A stretch of DNA of 64,000 nucleotides from an uncultured Methanosarcinales archaeon (GTDB lineage Archaea; Nanobdellota; Nanobdellia; Woesearchaeales; CAZOXR01). Positions 55,412 through 64,000 of this stretch are shown here, piece by piece. The notes beneath the pieces are model-generated. The model saw only the letters and a program-made list of their open reading frames with translations. It was not told where the DNA came from and made no database searches. The DNA lies in NCBI GenBank assembly GCA_964566535.1, contig CAZMIO010000001.1, positions 183,751 through 247,750 on the forward strand. The letters are read 5' to 3'. The translations under genes were made by a program, and so were the position numbers. Each line of letters begins with the position of its first letter. Position 1 is the stretch's first letter.

Positions 55412-57229
55412 ATGGCATTCGATAATATAAGTGGATTGTGGTCGCTATTGGCATTAGTTCCATTTATAATAATATATCTCAGAAGGCCAAAGGTGCAGAA
55501 TAAGATTGTTCCCTCATTAATGTTTCTCGTAAAACAACAGAAGGTTGCAAAACAACATTCTTTCTTTAGGACGTTGACAAGAAATCTACTTTTCTTTCTG
55601 CAGTTATTTGCTATCCTCCTTATGGCATTTGCAATTGCGTTGCCCTACATTATTTTGTCCCATAGTATAACTGCTGAGAACACGGTCATTGTTCTGGATG
55701 TTAGTGCATCTATGCAAACCAAATATGGCGGAGGGACTAGATTTCAAAAAGCAGTTAATGAGGCTAGGCAATATCTAAGTGGGAGAGTAAGCTTATTGTT
55801 AGCTGAGAATACTCCTTTAATTGTCCTTGAGGATGGAGACAGCGAAACTGCTGCCGACCTACTAGGGAAGGTTAAGGCGAAAGCAACATCTACAAATTTA
55901 GGTGATGCAATGCTTCTCGGGAAGGAAATACTTGGTAATCGACCTGGAAGGGTTGTAGTAATAAGCGATTTTAGCTATAGTGATGGTATTGATGTTCACG
56001 TTGCAAAAAGAATATTATCATCTAATGAAATTGAAGTAGTTTTTGTTGATGTTTCAGGTAATGTAAAAAATGTAGGGATCATAGACATGGATGTTGATAA
56101 ATATACCACTAAAGTTTATGTCAAGAACTATAATGATAAAGAAGAGACGATTACGGTTAAGCTGGAGGGGGAGAAGGTTGGGAGGTCAGACCCAATTGAG
56201 ATATTACCTAAGTCTGTTGAGAGTTTTGAATTTAGAACTTCCCCTGGAGTGAGTGAGATTAGCATCGATGTAAAAGATGATTTTGAGCTTGACAATAAAC
56301 TCTATGTTAGTGCCCCTCTTAAAGATAAGGTAAAGGTTCTCTTAGTTACAGATGATGGAGGTAATAAATTAATTCCTGCACTTTTGGCTTCTGGAGATAT
56401 AGAAATTGAGACTAAATATTTTTCACCTGAAAGGTCATTGCTTCCAAATTATGACGTGATAATATTGAGTAAATTTCAATATGTTCCTGGAACTTTTGAA
56501 GATTTGTCCGACTATGCAAAAAAAGGAGGCAAAGTAATAATATCTGCGCAAGACGATATCGATCAGATGAGGATGGCTGACCTAGCGATGATTAAATCAC
56601 AAGGAGTCCAACAAAATAATGTTCAGGTTTGCGTTGATGTGTTTAATCAATTCACAAGATATTTTCAGAAGGACAGATGTTTTGCTGCAGTATCTAAATA
56701 TGTAAGCGGGACTGCTGAAGATAATACTCTTGTAATAGCGTCGACATCAGAAGGAAGTCCTTTGATTTCCCTTAAAGATATAGGCAAGGGTAGTGCACTT
56801 TACTATGGTATTTATGATGACAGCAGTGATTTCTGGCAGCTGCCTTCTTACCCAATCTTTTGGGATTCACTGATTAATTTTTTAATTGAGGCAGAAGACA
56901 TATCTTCTTTTAATTTCAAGGCTGGCAAAATAATCCAGGTTGAGAAGCAGAAGATTAAGACCCCCTCTACAACTACGGAAGCTTCAAGTCTTATTTTAGA
57001 TGAAGCTGGAATCTATCAATTCGATGGTAAAAGTGTAGCTGTAAATGTAGTTGATGAAAAGGAATCTGATGTTGGAAAGAATGAAAAATTCCAAAACGAT
57101 AAAAAGAATTTTAAGGTAACTAGTGAGAGTAGAAATAAACATCTCAATCTTGATGTGATATTAATTACAATTGGGTTGATCTTATTGATAATTGAACTTT
57201 ATGTTGTTAAAAGAAGGGGGGACCTATAA
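55412..57229 (+). CDS. BatA-like vWA protein with an N-terminal double-TM 'aerotolerance' domain
   Basis: LWSLLALVPFIIIYLRRP; MIDAS VIVLDVSASM. Confidence 0.65.
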   Translation: MAFDNISGLWSLLALVPFIIIYLRRPKVQNKIVPSLMFLVKQQKVAKQHSFFRTLTRNLLFFLQLFAILLMAFAIALPYIILSHSITAENTVIVLDVSASMQTKYGGGTRFQKAVNEARQYLSGRVSLLLAENTPLIVLEDGDSETAADLLGKVKAKATSTNLGDAMLLGKEILGNRPGRVVVISDFSYSDGIDVHVAKRILSSNEIEVVFVDVSGNVKNVGIIDMDVDKYTTKVYVKNYNDKEETITVKLEGEKVGRSDPIEILPKSVESFEFRTSPGVSEISIDVKDDFELDNKLYVSAPLKDKVKVLLVTDDGGNKLIPALLASGDIEIETKYFSPERSLLPNYDVIILSKFQYVPGTFEDLSDYAKKGGKVIISAQDDIDQMRMADLAMIKSQGVQQNNVQVCVDVFNQFTRYFQKDRCFAAVSKYVSGTAEDNTLVIASTSEGSPLISLKDIGKGSALYYGIYDDSSDFWQLPSYPIFWDSLINFLIEAEDISSFNFKAGKIIQVEKQKIKTPSTTTEASSLILDEAGIYQFDGKSVAVNVVDEKESDVGKNEKFQNDKKNFKVTSESRNKHLNLDVILITIGLILLIIELYVVKRRGDL

Positions 57230-57231
57230 CG

Positions 57232-59718
57232 ATGATGTTACTGCCATATTGTATTGGTCAAATCTGCTTTAAGTATAGTTACTTACTATGGTTAATCCCA
57301 TTACTGTTATTCATCATTCCTTTGATAATAAAGAAGAATCTTGTAAAGTTTAGGAGCGACCAAGAAGAAAAAGAATACAAGAAAGAGAAATACAATTTGA
57401 GAAAGATAATGATGATTACAAGGATTGTTATTTTTTCTGCGTTATTAATTGCTCTTGCGTCTCCATATATTTTAGAAGAGAAGATTGTTCCAGGAGACAT
57501 TTCACTGACAATACTAGTTGATAATTCATCTTCATTTGGTTTGTTTGATACTAGTCTAGTTGATGGAGTGTATAAGGAACTGAAGGATAGGATTCCTGTT
57601 GAAATGAGATCCATTGGAAGGGGAGATGTTTCTGCAATAGGTGATGGAATCCTGCAGAACATTCAAGGAGATGATAATGTATTGGTTGTCTCTGATGGAT
57701 ACAGTAATAAAGGTAAGTTGTTGGGAGATATGATCAGTTTTGCTAATGGTTTGAATTCTACAATCAATACGATAAGATTAAAGCCTGTTGAGAGTGATGT
57801 AGGAGTTGTGATTGAGGGGCCGTCTCAAACTATACTTGATGTTGAGGAGCTTTTTAATGTTGTTGTAAATAATGTTGGCGAAGAAATTTCATACCACATT
57901 ACAATACTTGTTGATGGTGAGGCAGTAAGAGATGAGGATGGAAGTGGAGCAAGTACTTATCCTGTATTGAAAAGTTTCTCTGATGGATATCATAGAATTG
58001 AAGTTAGGTTAACTAATGTTGGTGAAGGGGATTCCTTTTCAAGCAATAATAAATATTACAAAGCAGTTAAAGTTATCCAAAGGCCGCTAATCTTTCTTGC
58101 ATCTCAGAAAAGTTCTCCGTTGGAAGCATCCTTAAGGGAAATATATAACGTTGATGTTGGGACTGAGCTTCCTAGTAACTTAGGAAAATATTCTTCTGTG
58201 ATTATTAATGATATCCCTGCACAGGACATTGCTCCAAAAATTGATTTGTTGAATAATTATGTTTCTGATGGAAATGGACTTTTTGTTATTGGGGGGGAGA
58301 GGTCTTTTGACAGAGATGATAGCTTAAAAAGTTTAGATGGAGGAGTTCAGCTTTATCAATCACTGCTTCCTGTGAAGGTTGGAGCTGGTGAAGAGGGTGA
58401 GAAGAGTGATGTGAATATTATGGTTGTTATAGATGCTTCTTCAGGAACGGCTAGCCATATTGGCCTTGAGAAGGCATTGGCGATAAGCGTTATCGAAAGT
58501 TTGCATCCTGACAATAATGTAGGAGTGATTACATTCTATAGTGATGGGGCGAGCAGAAAAATTGGATTAGTAACTCCAATACTTCCCCTTAAGCAGCATA
58601 TCAATGAAACAAAAGATAAGATATCCAGACTATCATTTGGAGGGCAGTCGTATTTTGATTATGGGATCTTAAGTGCGCATGAATTATTGAAAAGTGTTTC
58701 TGGGAGTAAGAATATTATATTTATCAGCGACGGGTCTACAACTTATAGTAAGCTAAAAGAAGATACAAGACAAGCTGCACTTGATGTTGCGAATAGAGGT
58801 ACTAAAATTTATGTGGTGGGTGTTGGTTCTTCAATTGATGAGACTAAGGTTATTATTGGCGGCAGTTCTAAGAGGGATGATGAACTTTTATCCCAGATTG
58901 CATTATTTGGAAATGGTGCTTACTTCCCAACTGATGCTTCAAACAGACTGAATATATTATTTGGAAAACAAGATAAGAGTCAGAAGGAGACTGATTTTTT
59001 CAACAGCTTGTCGATATTAGAGAGTACCCATTTCATAACTTACAATTTAAGTTTGGGTGCAGTTGTTAGTGGGTACAATTTAGTAATACCTAAACCTGCT
59101 TCCCGGCTGTTAGTTACAACTAATAAAAATATTCCAATGGTTACTGTATGGAGATTTGGGATTGGGAGGGTTGCTACTTTGGCAACTGATGATGGTACAA
59201 AATGGGGCGGCGAGTTGTTGACAAAAAAGAATTCTAAATTGATAACGAAGATAGTAAATTGGGTTATAGGGGATATGAGTAGGAACAAGGAGTTTGATGT
59301 GAGTATTAGAGATACTGGTTTAGGGAGGGATACAGATATTAATGTAGTCTCGAATGAATTACCTAAGGCTAAGGGACTTACATTCTACAAGAGAGATGTC
59401 AATTTGTATTCAACGTCATATACTCCAAAAGAAACTGGATTTCATACTGTTTTAGGAGCTGAGTTTGCAGTAAACTATAATGATGAGTATGAAAATCTTG
59501 GTCTGAATCCAGAATTTTTAAAACTTGTTGAGAGTAGTGGCGGGGAAGTCTTTGAACCAGAAAATACTGATGATATTCTTTCGACAATAAAAAGAGTTTC
59601 AAAAAGAATAAAAGTACATTCAACTAACTATGCTTATGTTGTGATTATAGTTGCACTCATAACTTTTATTTATGAGATATTTTACAGGAGGATTAATGAA
59701 AAGAGTAAGGAATTATAG
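57232..59718 (+). CDS. Large membrane vWA protein (BatB-like), TM at both ends
   Basis: N-terminal TM helices; vWA-like ILVDNSSSFG and VVIDASSGTAS; C-terminal TM. Confidence 0.55.
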   Translation: MMLLPYCIGQICFKYSYLLWLIPLLLFIIPLIIKKNLVKFRSDQEEKEYKKEKYNLRKIMMITRIVIFSALLIALASPYILEEKIVPGDISLTILVDNSSSFGLFDTSLVDGVYKELKDRIPVEMRSIGRGDVSAIGDGILQNIQGDDNVLVVSDGYSNKGKLLGDMISFANGLNSTINTIRLKPVESDVGVVIEGPSQTILDVEELFNVVVNNVGEEISYHITILVDGEAVRDEDGSGASTYPVLKSFSDGYHRIEVRLTNVGEGDSFSSNNKYYKAVKVIQRPLIFLASQKSSPLEASLREIYNVDVGTELPSNLGKYSSVIINDIPAQDIAPKIDLLNNYVSDGNGLFVIGGERSFDRDDSLKSLDGGVQLYQSLLPVKVGAGEEGEKSDVNIMVVIDASSGTASHIGLEKALAISVIESLHPDNNVGVITFYSDGASRKIGLVTPILPLKQHINETKDKISRLSFGGQSYFDYGILSAHELLKSVSGSKNIIFISDGSTTYSKLKEDTRQAALDVANRGTKIYVVGVGSSIDETKVIIGGSSKRDDELLSQIALFGNGAYFPTDASNRLNILFGKQDKSQKETDFFNSLSILESTHFITYNLSLGAVVSGYNLVIPKPASRLLVTTNKNIPMVTVWRFGIGRVATLATDDGTKWGGELLTKKNSKLITKIVNWVIGDMSRNKEFDVSIRDTGLGRDTDINVVSNELPKAKGLTFYKRDVNLYSTSYTPKETGFHTVLGAEFAVNYNDEYENLGLNPEFLKLVESSGGEVFEPENTDDILSTIKRVSKRIKVHSTNYAYVVIIVALITFIYEIFYRRINEKSKEL

Positions 59719-59737
59719 TTTGTATTGAGGTGAGATT

Positions 59738-60214
59738 ATGGCTGTCATGAAAAGAGATGTTAACTTTGGGATGTTTGTTTTGATAATTGCGACTCTGCTT
59801 GTTTTTGCAGGTTTTACTGCTTATTATCAGACAACTTTTGAAAATCTAACTAGTGAGTATAGGGGTAAATTGGGTGAACTTAGTGATGTTACATCTAATT
59901 TACAGCAAGAGAAAATAAAACTGAACCAAACAAGTATCCAACTTCAGATAAAGGCTGAGAAAGAGAAGAGTTTAAATGAGAAATATGAAGAGATGGTGGC
60001 TTGGAAGGATAGAGAAGAAAAATCTAAGATAGAATTCCAAGGATTGTACACTGAAAGTCAGGGTTTTTTGGCGACTGCTGAACATGACAGAGATGCTTAT
60101 AAGGCTGAAAGGGATACATTTGAGGAGGAGAGAGATACGGAAAGATCATTAAAGGTTCAATACAAAGGTAAATGGGATAATTGCGAAGAGGAGTTAGATA
60201 CATACACTGGATAA
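59738..60214 (+). CDS. Membrane-anchored coiled-coil protein
   Basis: N-terminal TM then coiled-coil. Confidence 0.4.
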   Translation: MAVMKRDVNFGMFVLIIATLLVFAGFTAYYQTTFENLTSEYRGKLGELSDVTSNLQQEKIKLNQTSIQLQIKAEKEKSLNEKYEEMVAWKDREEKSKIEFQGLYTESQGFLATAEHDRDAYKAERDTFEEERDTERSLKVQYKGKWDNCEEELDTYTG

Positions 60215-60222
60215 GATAACCA

Positions 60223-61008
60223 TTGGAAAAAAGAAAGATGAAACAATTTAAGAAAGTACTAAATGAGATGAACTTTACATTAGATGGCATTCTAATTTTT
60301 GAAGAGTTGTTGAATGCTTTGTTAATCTTCTTAGTATTTTATCTATTGTTGACATTTTTCAATTTCTATCCTTTGGCTGCCCTTGGACCGTCAATTGCTT
60401 ATTTTGTTTTCTTCATTTATGTGAAGATGCAGAAAAAAGATAAAGCTAGATTGGTTGAATCACATTATGATTTATTAAAAGAAAAATTAAGGACAGCTAG
60501 AGATAATGCTGCAGTTGAGAATCCTATCGTTGATGAGCTTGAGAAAGAAGTGATAGGAGATATGAAACAAGTTAGAGTTTCTTCCTTTATTAACACAAAG
60601 GAAGTTTCTTGGAAGATTACAATAAGTATAGTCCTATGTTTCCTGATTGTCCTTATTGCTGTCTTGAATGTTGATATTGCTAGCTTATCTTCATCAATGA
60701 TGATGGAAAAATTAATGAATAGGACATTGTTAAAAGGCAAAGGTGATGTTTCAGTTGAACTGAATATAAGTGAGGATATTTATGGGGATGACTCTGTTGC
60801 ACAGCTGGGAGATAATGAACTTAGCATTAAGATCAGACCTTCGAATTATAAAGTTAGTGTGAGGGAGGGAGGGGATATTGAACGAAGGCAGTTTGATGAA
60901 ACGTTTCCCTCTGAAGTTTTTGTTGAGTCTTCTGTTGTTTATGAGGAGAACATCCCTAAAGAACAGCAGGAGCTTGTGAAGGCTTATTATGAGAAGTTGA
61001 AGGGATAA
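60223..61008 (+). CDS. Hypothetical membrane protein (3 TM)
   Basis: ORF between the vWA genes and moxR. Confidence 0.4.
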   Translation: MEKRKMKQFKKVLNEMNFTLDGILIFEELLNALLIFLVFYLLLTFFNFYPLAALGPSIAYFVFFIYVKMQKKDKARLVESHYDLLKEKLRTARDNAAVENPIVDELEKEVIGDMKQVRVSSFINTKEVSWKITISIVLCFLIVLIAVLNVDIASLSSSMMMEKLMNRTLLKGKGDVSVELNISEDIYGDDSVAQLGDNELSIKIRPSNYKVSVREGGDIERRQFDETFPSEVFVESSVVYEENIPKEQQELVKAYYEKLKG

Positions 61009-61098
61009 TAATTAGGATAAATAAAAATAAATAATAAAAAGATAGAAATAAAGGATGAATGGTGAAAATGATAAAACTAAAAAAACAAAATATGGGGT

Positions 61099-62043
61099 GT
61101 GATGAGAATGAAAAATTACAAAGAACTATTTGATGGGTTATTGAAAGAGATTGAAAGAGTCATAGTTGGGCAGAGGGAAATGCTTGAACATGTTATCATT
61201 GCTTTATTGTGTGATAGCAATGCATTGCTTGAAGGAAATCCTGGGCTGGCAAAGACCCTAGCTATCAAAACTTTGTCAGAGTTGATGGAATTGAAGTTTA
61301 ACAGGATTCAGAGTACTCCTGATCTAATGCCATCAGATATAACTGGGACATACATCATTACAGAGGAGAAGGGAAAGAGAGATTTCAAGTTTCAGCCAGG
61401 GCCAGTATTTGCAAATATTGTTTTAGCTGATGAGATTAATAGAGCGACTCCTAAAACACAATCTGCAATGTTAGAAGCGATGCAGGAGAAACAAGTTACG
61501 GTTGGGAATAATACATTTAAACTGGATCCGCCTTTTTTTGTTCTGGCAACACAGAATCCGATAGAGCAAGAAGGAACCTATCCGTTACCTGAGGCACAGG
61601 CTGACAGGTTCTTGTTGAAGGTAAAATTAGATTACCCTACACTGGATGAAGAGTTAAAGATTGTTGATGAATACTCTGGAGAGATTAAAAATAGAAGACT
61701 GAAGAATGCATTGACTAAGAATCAGCTTCTAACACTGCAGGGCCTTACAAGGCAAGTGCCTGTTGCAAATGACATCAAAAAAAGAGTTGTTAAAATGATT
61801 GCAGCTACAAGGACTAACAAACAATTAATCCAGTATGGGGCTTCACCAAGAGCATCAATTGGGCTTATATTGGCTGCTAAGGCGAGAGCATTGATGAAGG
61901 GAAGAAATCATGTAAGTAATGAGGATATTGATGCTATGGCTTTCCCAGTTCTTCGGCATAGGATTATATTAAACTTTGAAGCTGAGAGGAAGGGACTTAC
62001 AACTGATGATGCTATAAAAGAGCTAGTTACAAAACTAAAATGA
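61099..62043 (+). CDS. moxR: MoxR-family AAA+ ATPase
   Basis: VIVGQREMLEHVIIALL..NALLEGNPGLAKT; LADEINRATPKTQSAMLEAMQE; LATQNPIEQEGTYPLPEAQADRF. Confidence 0.85.
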   Translation: MMRMKNYKELFDGLLKEIERVIVGQREMLEHVIIALLCDSNALLEGNPGLAKTLAIKTLSELMELKFNRIQSTPDLMPSDITGTYIITEEKGKRDFKFQPGPVFANIVLADEINRATPKTQSAMLEAMQEKQVTVGNNTFKLDPPFFVLATQNPIEQEGTYPLPEAQADRFLLKVKLDYPTLDEELKIVDEYSGEIKNRRLKNALTKNQLLTLQGLTRQVPVANDIKKRVVKMIAATRTNKQLIQYGASPRASIGLILAAKARALMKGRNHVSNEDIDAMAFPVLRHRIILNFEAERKGLTTDDAIKELVTKLK

Positions 62044-62107
62044 TGATGTTGTGGTGATGATGGCAATGATTGTGGTGATGATGGAGATTAGAAGGTGAGA
62101 AAATCAA

Positions 62108-62956
62108 ATGATTGATACAAGTTATCTAAGTCAGCTGGCGAAGTTTAGTTTGGTCTTGAATAAAAGAGTTACCTCTAAATATTCAGGACCTAGAAAGTCG
62201 ATTGCACTTGGAAGAGGCATCATATTCAAGGATCATAGAGTCTATGCTCCAGGAGATGACTTTAGAGCAATTGATTGGAAGGTTTTTGCAAGAACAGATG
62301 ACTTAATGATTAAGACCTTTGAAGAAGAGAGGAGTTTAGTTGTGCATGTCATAATCGACAGCAGTGCAAGTATGAATTTTGGGAAACAAATTACTAAGTT
62401 TGACTATGCCTCTATGCTTGGTGTTGGTTTTGCGTATCTTGCTATGAAAGGTAATGAAAAGTTTATGTTTTCAACTTTTGCTGAAAGTCTTGAGGTATTT
62501 AGACCTAATCGGGGGATGTCTCAGCTTGCGTCAATGGTACACCATCTGAATAAATTAAAGACGGAGGGGACATCTAAAGTTTTAGAGGCCATAACTCAGT
62601 ACAGGAAGGTTATTGGAAGTAGAGCAATGATATTTTTGATATCCGATTTTCTTATCGATCCTAGTGAGGTTATTAAGGCAGTCCAATTGTTTGGAAGGAA
62701 TCAAGTTAAGGTTATCCAAGTTCTTGACCCTGTTGAGAAAGATCTTAAGTTTAGTGGAGACTTTAAGTTGGAAGACAGCGAAACGAAAGAGAAACTAAGG
62801 ACTTATATAAGTCAGAGATCCAGGATGGGTTACCAAAAAATGTTAGATGAACATATTTCTAAGATTGATGATGCGTGTACTAGTCTTGGAATAAATTTTT
62901 ATACAATTACAACTGACACCTCAATATTTGATGCGTTTTACAAAATATTGGGTTGA
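62108..62956 (+). CDS. DUF58 protein (MoxR-associated, vWA-like)
   Basis: DFRAIDWKVFARTDDLMIKTFEEE...VIIDSSASM. Confidence 0.7.
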   Translation: MIDTSYLSQLAKFSLVLNKRVTSKYSGPRKSIALGRGIIFKDHRVYAPGDDFRAIDWKVFARTDDLMIKTFEEERSLVVHVIIDSSASMNFGKQITKFDYASMLGVGFAYLAMKGNEKFMFSTFAESLEVFRPNRGMSQLASMVHHLNKLKTEGTSKVLEAITQYRKVIGSRAMIFLISDFLIDPSEVIKAVQLFGRNQVKVIQVLDPVEKDLKFSGDFKLEDSETKEKLRTYISQRSRMGYQKMLDEHISKIDDACTSLGINFYTITTDTSIFDAFYKILG

Positions 62957-63002
62957 TTAGGTGTAATTGAATGGTTGCTAAGGTTTTGGTTGGTTTAGTT
63001 GA

Positions 63003-63953
63003 TTAAATCCAACCTTTCTTCTTAAAGTAGAAATACATAAGCATTACTGAGAATACCATGAGTCCCAGCGAGAAGAAGTAACCATACTTCCACCCTAGTT
63101 CTGGCAGCCATTTGAAGTTCATACCGTAGATTCCTGAGATTAAAGTAGGAATAAGAATGAATGATGCCATAGCAGTCATCTTTTTAATTATGATATTTAG
63201 GTTGTTTGAAACTGAGGATAGATATATATCTAAACTGCCAGTTAAAATGTCTCTGTAGGTACTTTCCATGTCAATTAACTGGATTACATCATTGTAGAGT
63301 ATCTTAAACTGTTTGATGTCTCTCTTATTGACATGAGGGGAGTATTCTTTTTCTATGTATGAAATTACTTCCCTGTTAGCTGTTAGGGCTTTGTGGAAAT
63401 AGATTAAGATCTTTTTAGTCTCAAATATCTGTTCAACCACCTTTTTATCTGGCCTTTCTAAGACTCTGTCTTCAATTTTATCAATTGTTTCCTCAACATA
63501 ATCGAGTATTCTGAAATAACTCTCTAGAATGACGTCTAGAAGACGGTAGACGAAATAACTTAGGCCCTTTTCGAAGATGGCTGTTTTGTTATTCGCTAGT
63601 TCTTCTTTAATCTTTCTTATAGATTTTATCTCTTTTAATCTGATTGTTATGACGTTATTCTTATTTTTTGAGAGGAATATTGAGACTGGCGTTGTGGATA
63701 CCTCGCCATTGTTGAAGAAAGGCGCTCTGAAGATGATTAAAGAGTAATGATCTAAGTCAATAACTTTAGGACGCTCTTCTTTGTCTAGGGTTTCCTTTAG
63801 GTCGATTAAGGGGATTCCTGCTTTTAATGCTATTTGTTTAACCTCTTCTTGAGTCGGGTTAATTAAGTCTGCCCAGACGTGAGATTGACTAGAAAGGGTA
63901 TCGATACCGGTATTGCTGATTGTTCCATCATGGAATTTATAGATATCTATCAT
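63003..63953 (-). CDS. corA: CorA magnesium transporter
   Basis: C-terminal two TMs with the YGMNF signature. Confidence 0.8.
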   Translation of the reverse strand: MIDIYKFHDGTISNTGIDTLSSQSHVWADLINPTQEEVKQIALKAGIPLIDLKETLDKEERPKVIDLDHYSLIIFRAPFFNNGEVSTTPVSIFLSKNKNNVITIRLKEIKSIRKIKEELANNKTAIFEKGLSYFVYRLLDVILESYFRILDYVEETIDKIEDRVLERPDKKVVEQIFETKKILIYFHKALTANREVISYIEKEYSPHVNKRDIKQFKILYNDVIQLIDMESTYRDILTGSLDIYLSSVSNNLNIIIKKMTAMASFILIPTLISGIYGMNFKWLPELGWKYGYFFSLGLMVFSVMLMYFYFKKKGWI

Positions 63954-64000
63954 AACTGGGTATAGGTTTAAATCTTATTTAAATATTACGTTTGTCAAGA

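Noticed and set aside
62044-62107. A direct repeat TTGTGGTGATGATGG x2 (plus an AATGATGA) between moxR and the DUF58 gene looked like box C (RUGAUGA) elements of a C/D sRNA.
   Set aside because: No CUGA D or D' boxes at appropriate spacing and no terminal stem, so it is more likely a simple sequence duplication or spacer.
1-64000. A search for CRISPR arrays, rRNA genes, IS elements or transposases, and integrase-flanked islands.
   Set aside because: No regularly spaced direct repeats with unique spacers, no rRNA-like conserved blocks, and no DDE, serine-recombinase or tyrosine-recombinase motifs were seen. The only mobile-element-like genes are the Bro-N and LAGLIDADG families reported above.

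Overview
This is an AT-rich (about 35% GC) archaeal chromosome segment. The gene content suggests a small-genome DPANN-like archaeon: two histone-fold genes, the L7Ae/S28e/L24e/Ndk/aEF-2 cluster, Cbf5, archaeal TruD/Pus7, Taw1, Dph2, archaeal GluRS, many secreted or membrane proteins, and two Bro-N family genes. Coding density is high on both strands.

There are four tRNA genes and all four carry introns. tRNA-Ala(GGC) has one in the T-loop and tRNA-Arg(CCU) has one in the D-loop, both non-canonical positions. tRNA-Met(CAU) and tRNA-Thr(UGU) have introns at the canonical 37/38 site, and the Met intron carries UGAUGA motifs around a GNRA hairpin.

I found no rRNA, CRISPR array, IS element or transposase.

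The most unusual locus is 18.9-22.6 kb. A radical-SAM wyosine enzyme gene (taw1) sits between two paralogous free-standing double-motif LAGLIDADG endonuclease-like genes with HTH and DNA-binding extensions. Both are preceded by the same roughly 45-90 bp upstream module (GC-rich box, then BRE/TATA). That module also precedes the two Bro-N paralogs at 12.0 kb and 40.4 kb, so the four genes look like one promoter-plus-gene mobile or selfish family.

Other items worth a second look:
- A flavodoxin, radical-SAM-like, ChlI/MoxR AAA+, vWA, metallophosphoesterase and 746-aa unknown-protein cluster at 12.2-18.9 kb.
- A Dph2 lacking its N-terminal Cys-bearing domain, sharing the window with its aEF-2 substrate.
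- A 64-aa histone lacking helix alpha-3.
- A divergent PFK-A-like protein.
- A second interspersed repeat family of about 65 bp plus a conserved-stem hairpin, in four copies.
- A 130-bp intergenic region packed with dyad operators, including a 20-mer that recurs exactly upstream of dut.
- A Bat/MoxR/DUF58 vWA operon with an AbrB-like regulator.
- A mosaic of GC-richer, Arg/Glu/Asp-rich unknown ORFs scattered among AT-rich housekeeping genes.
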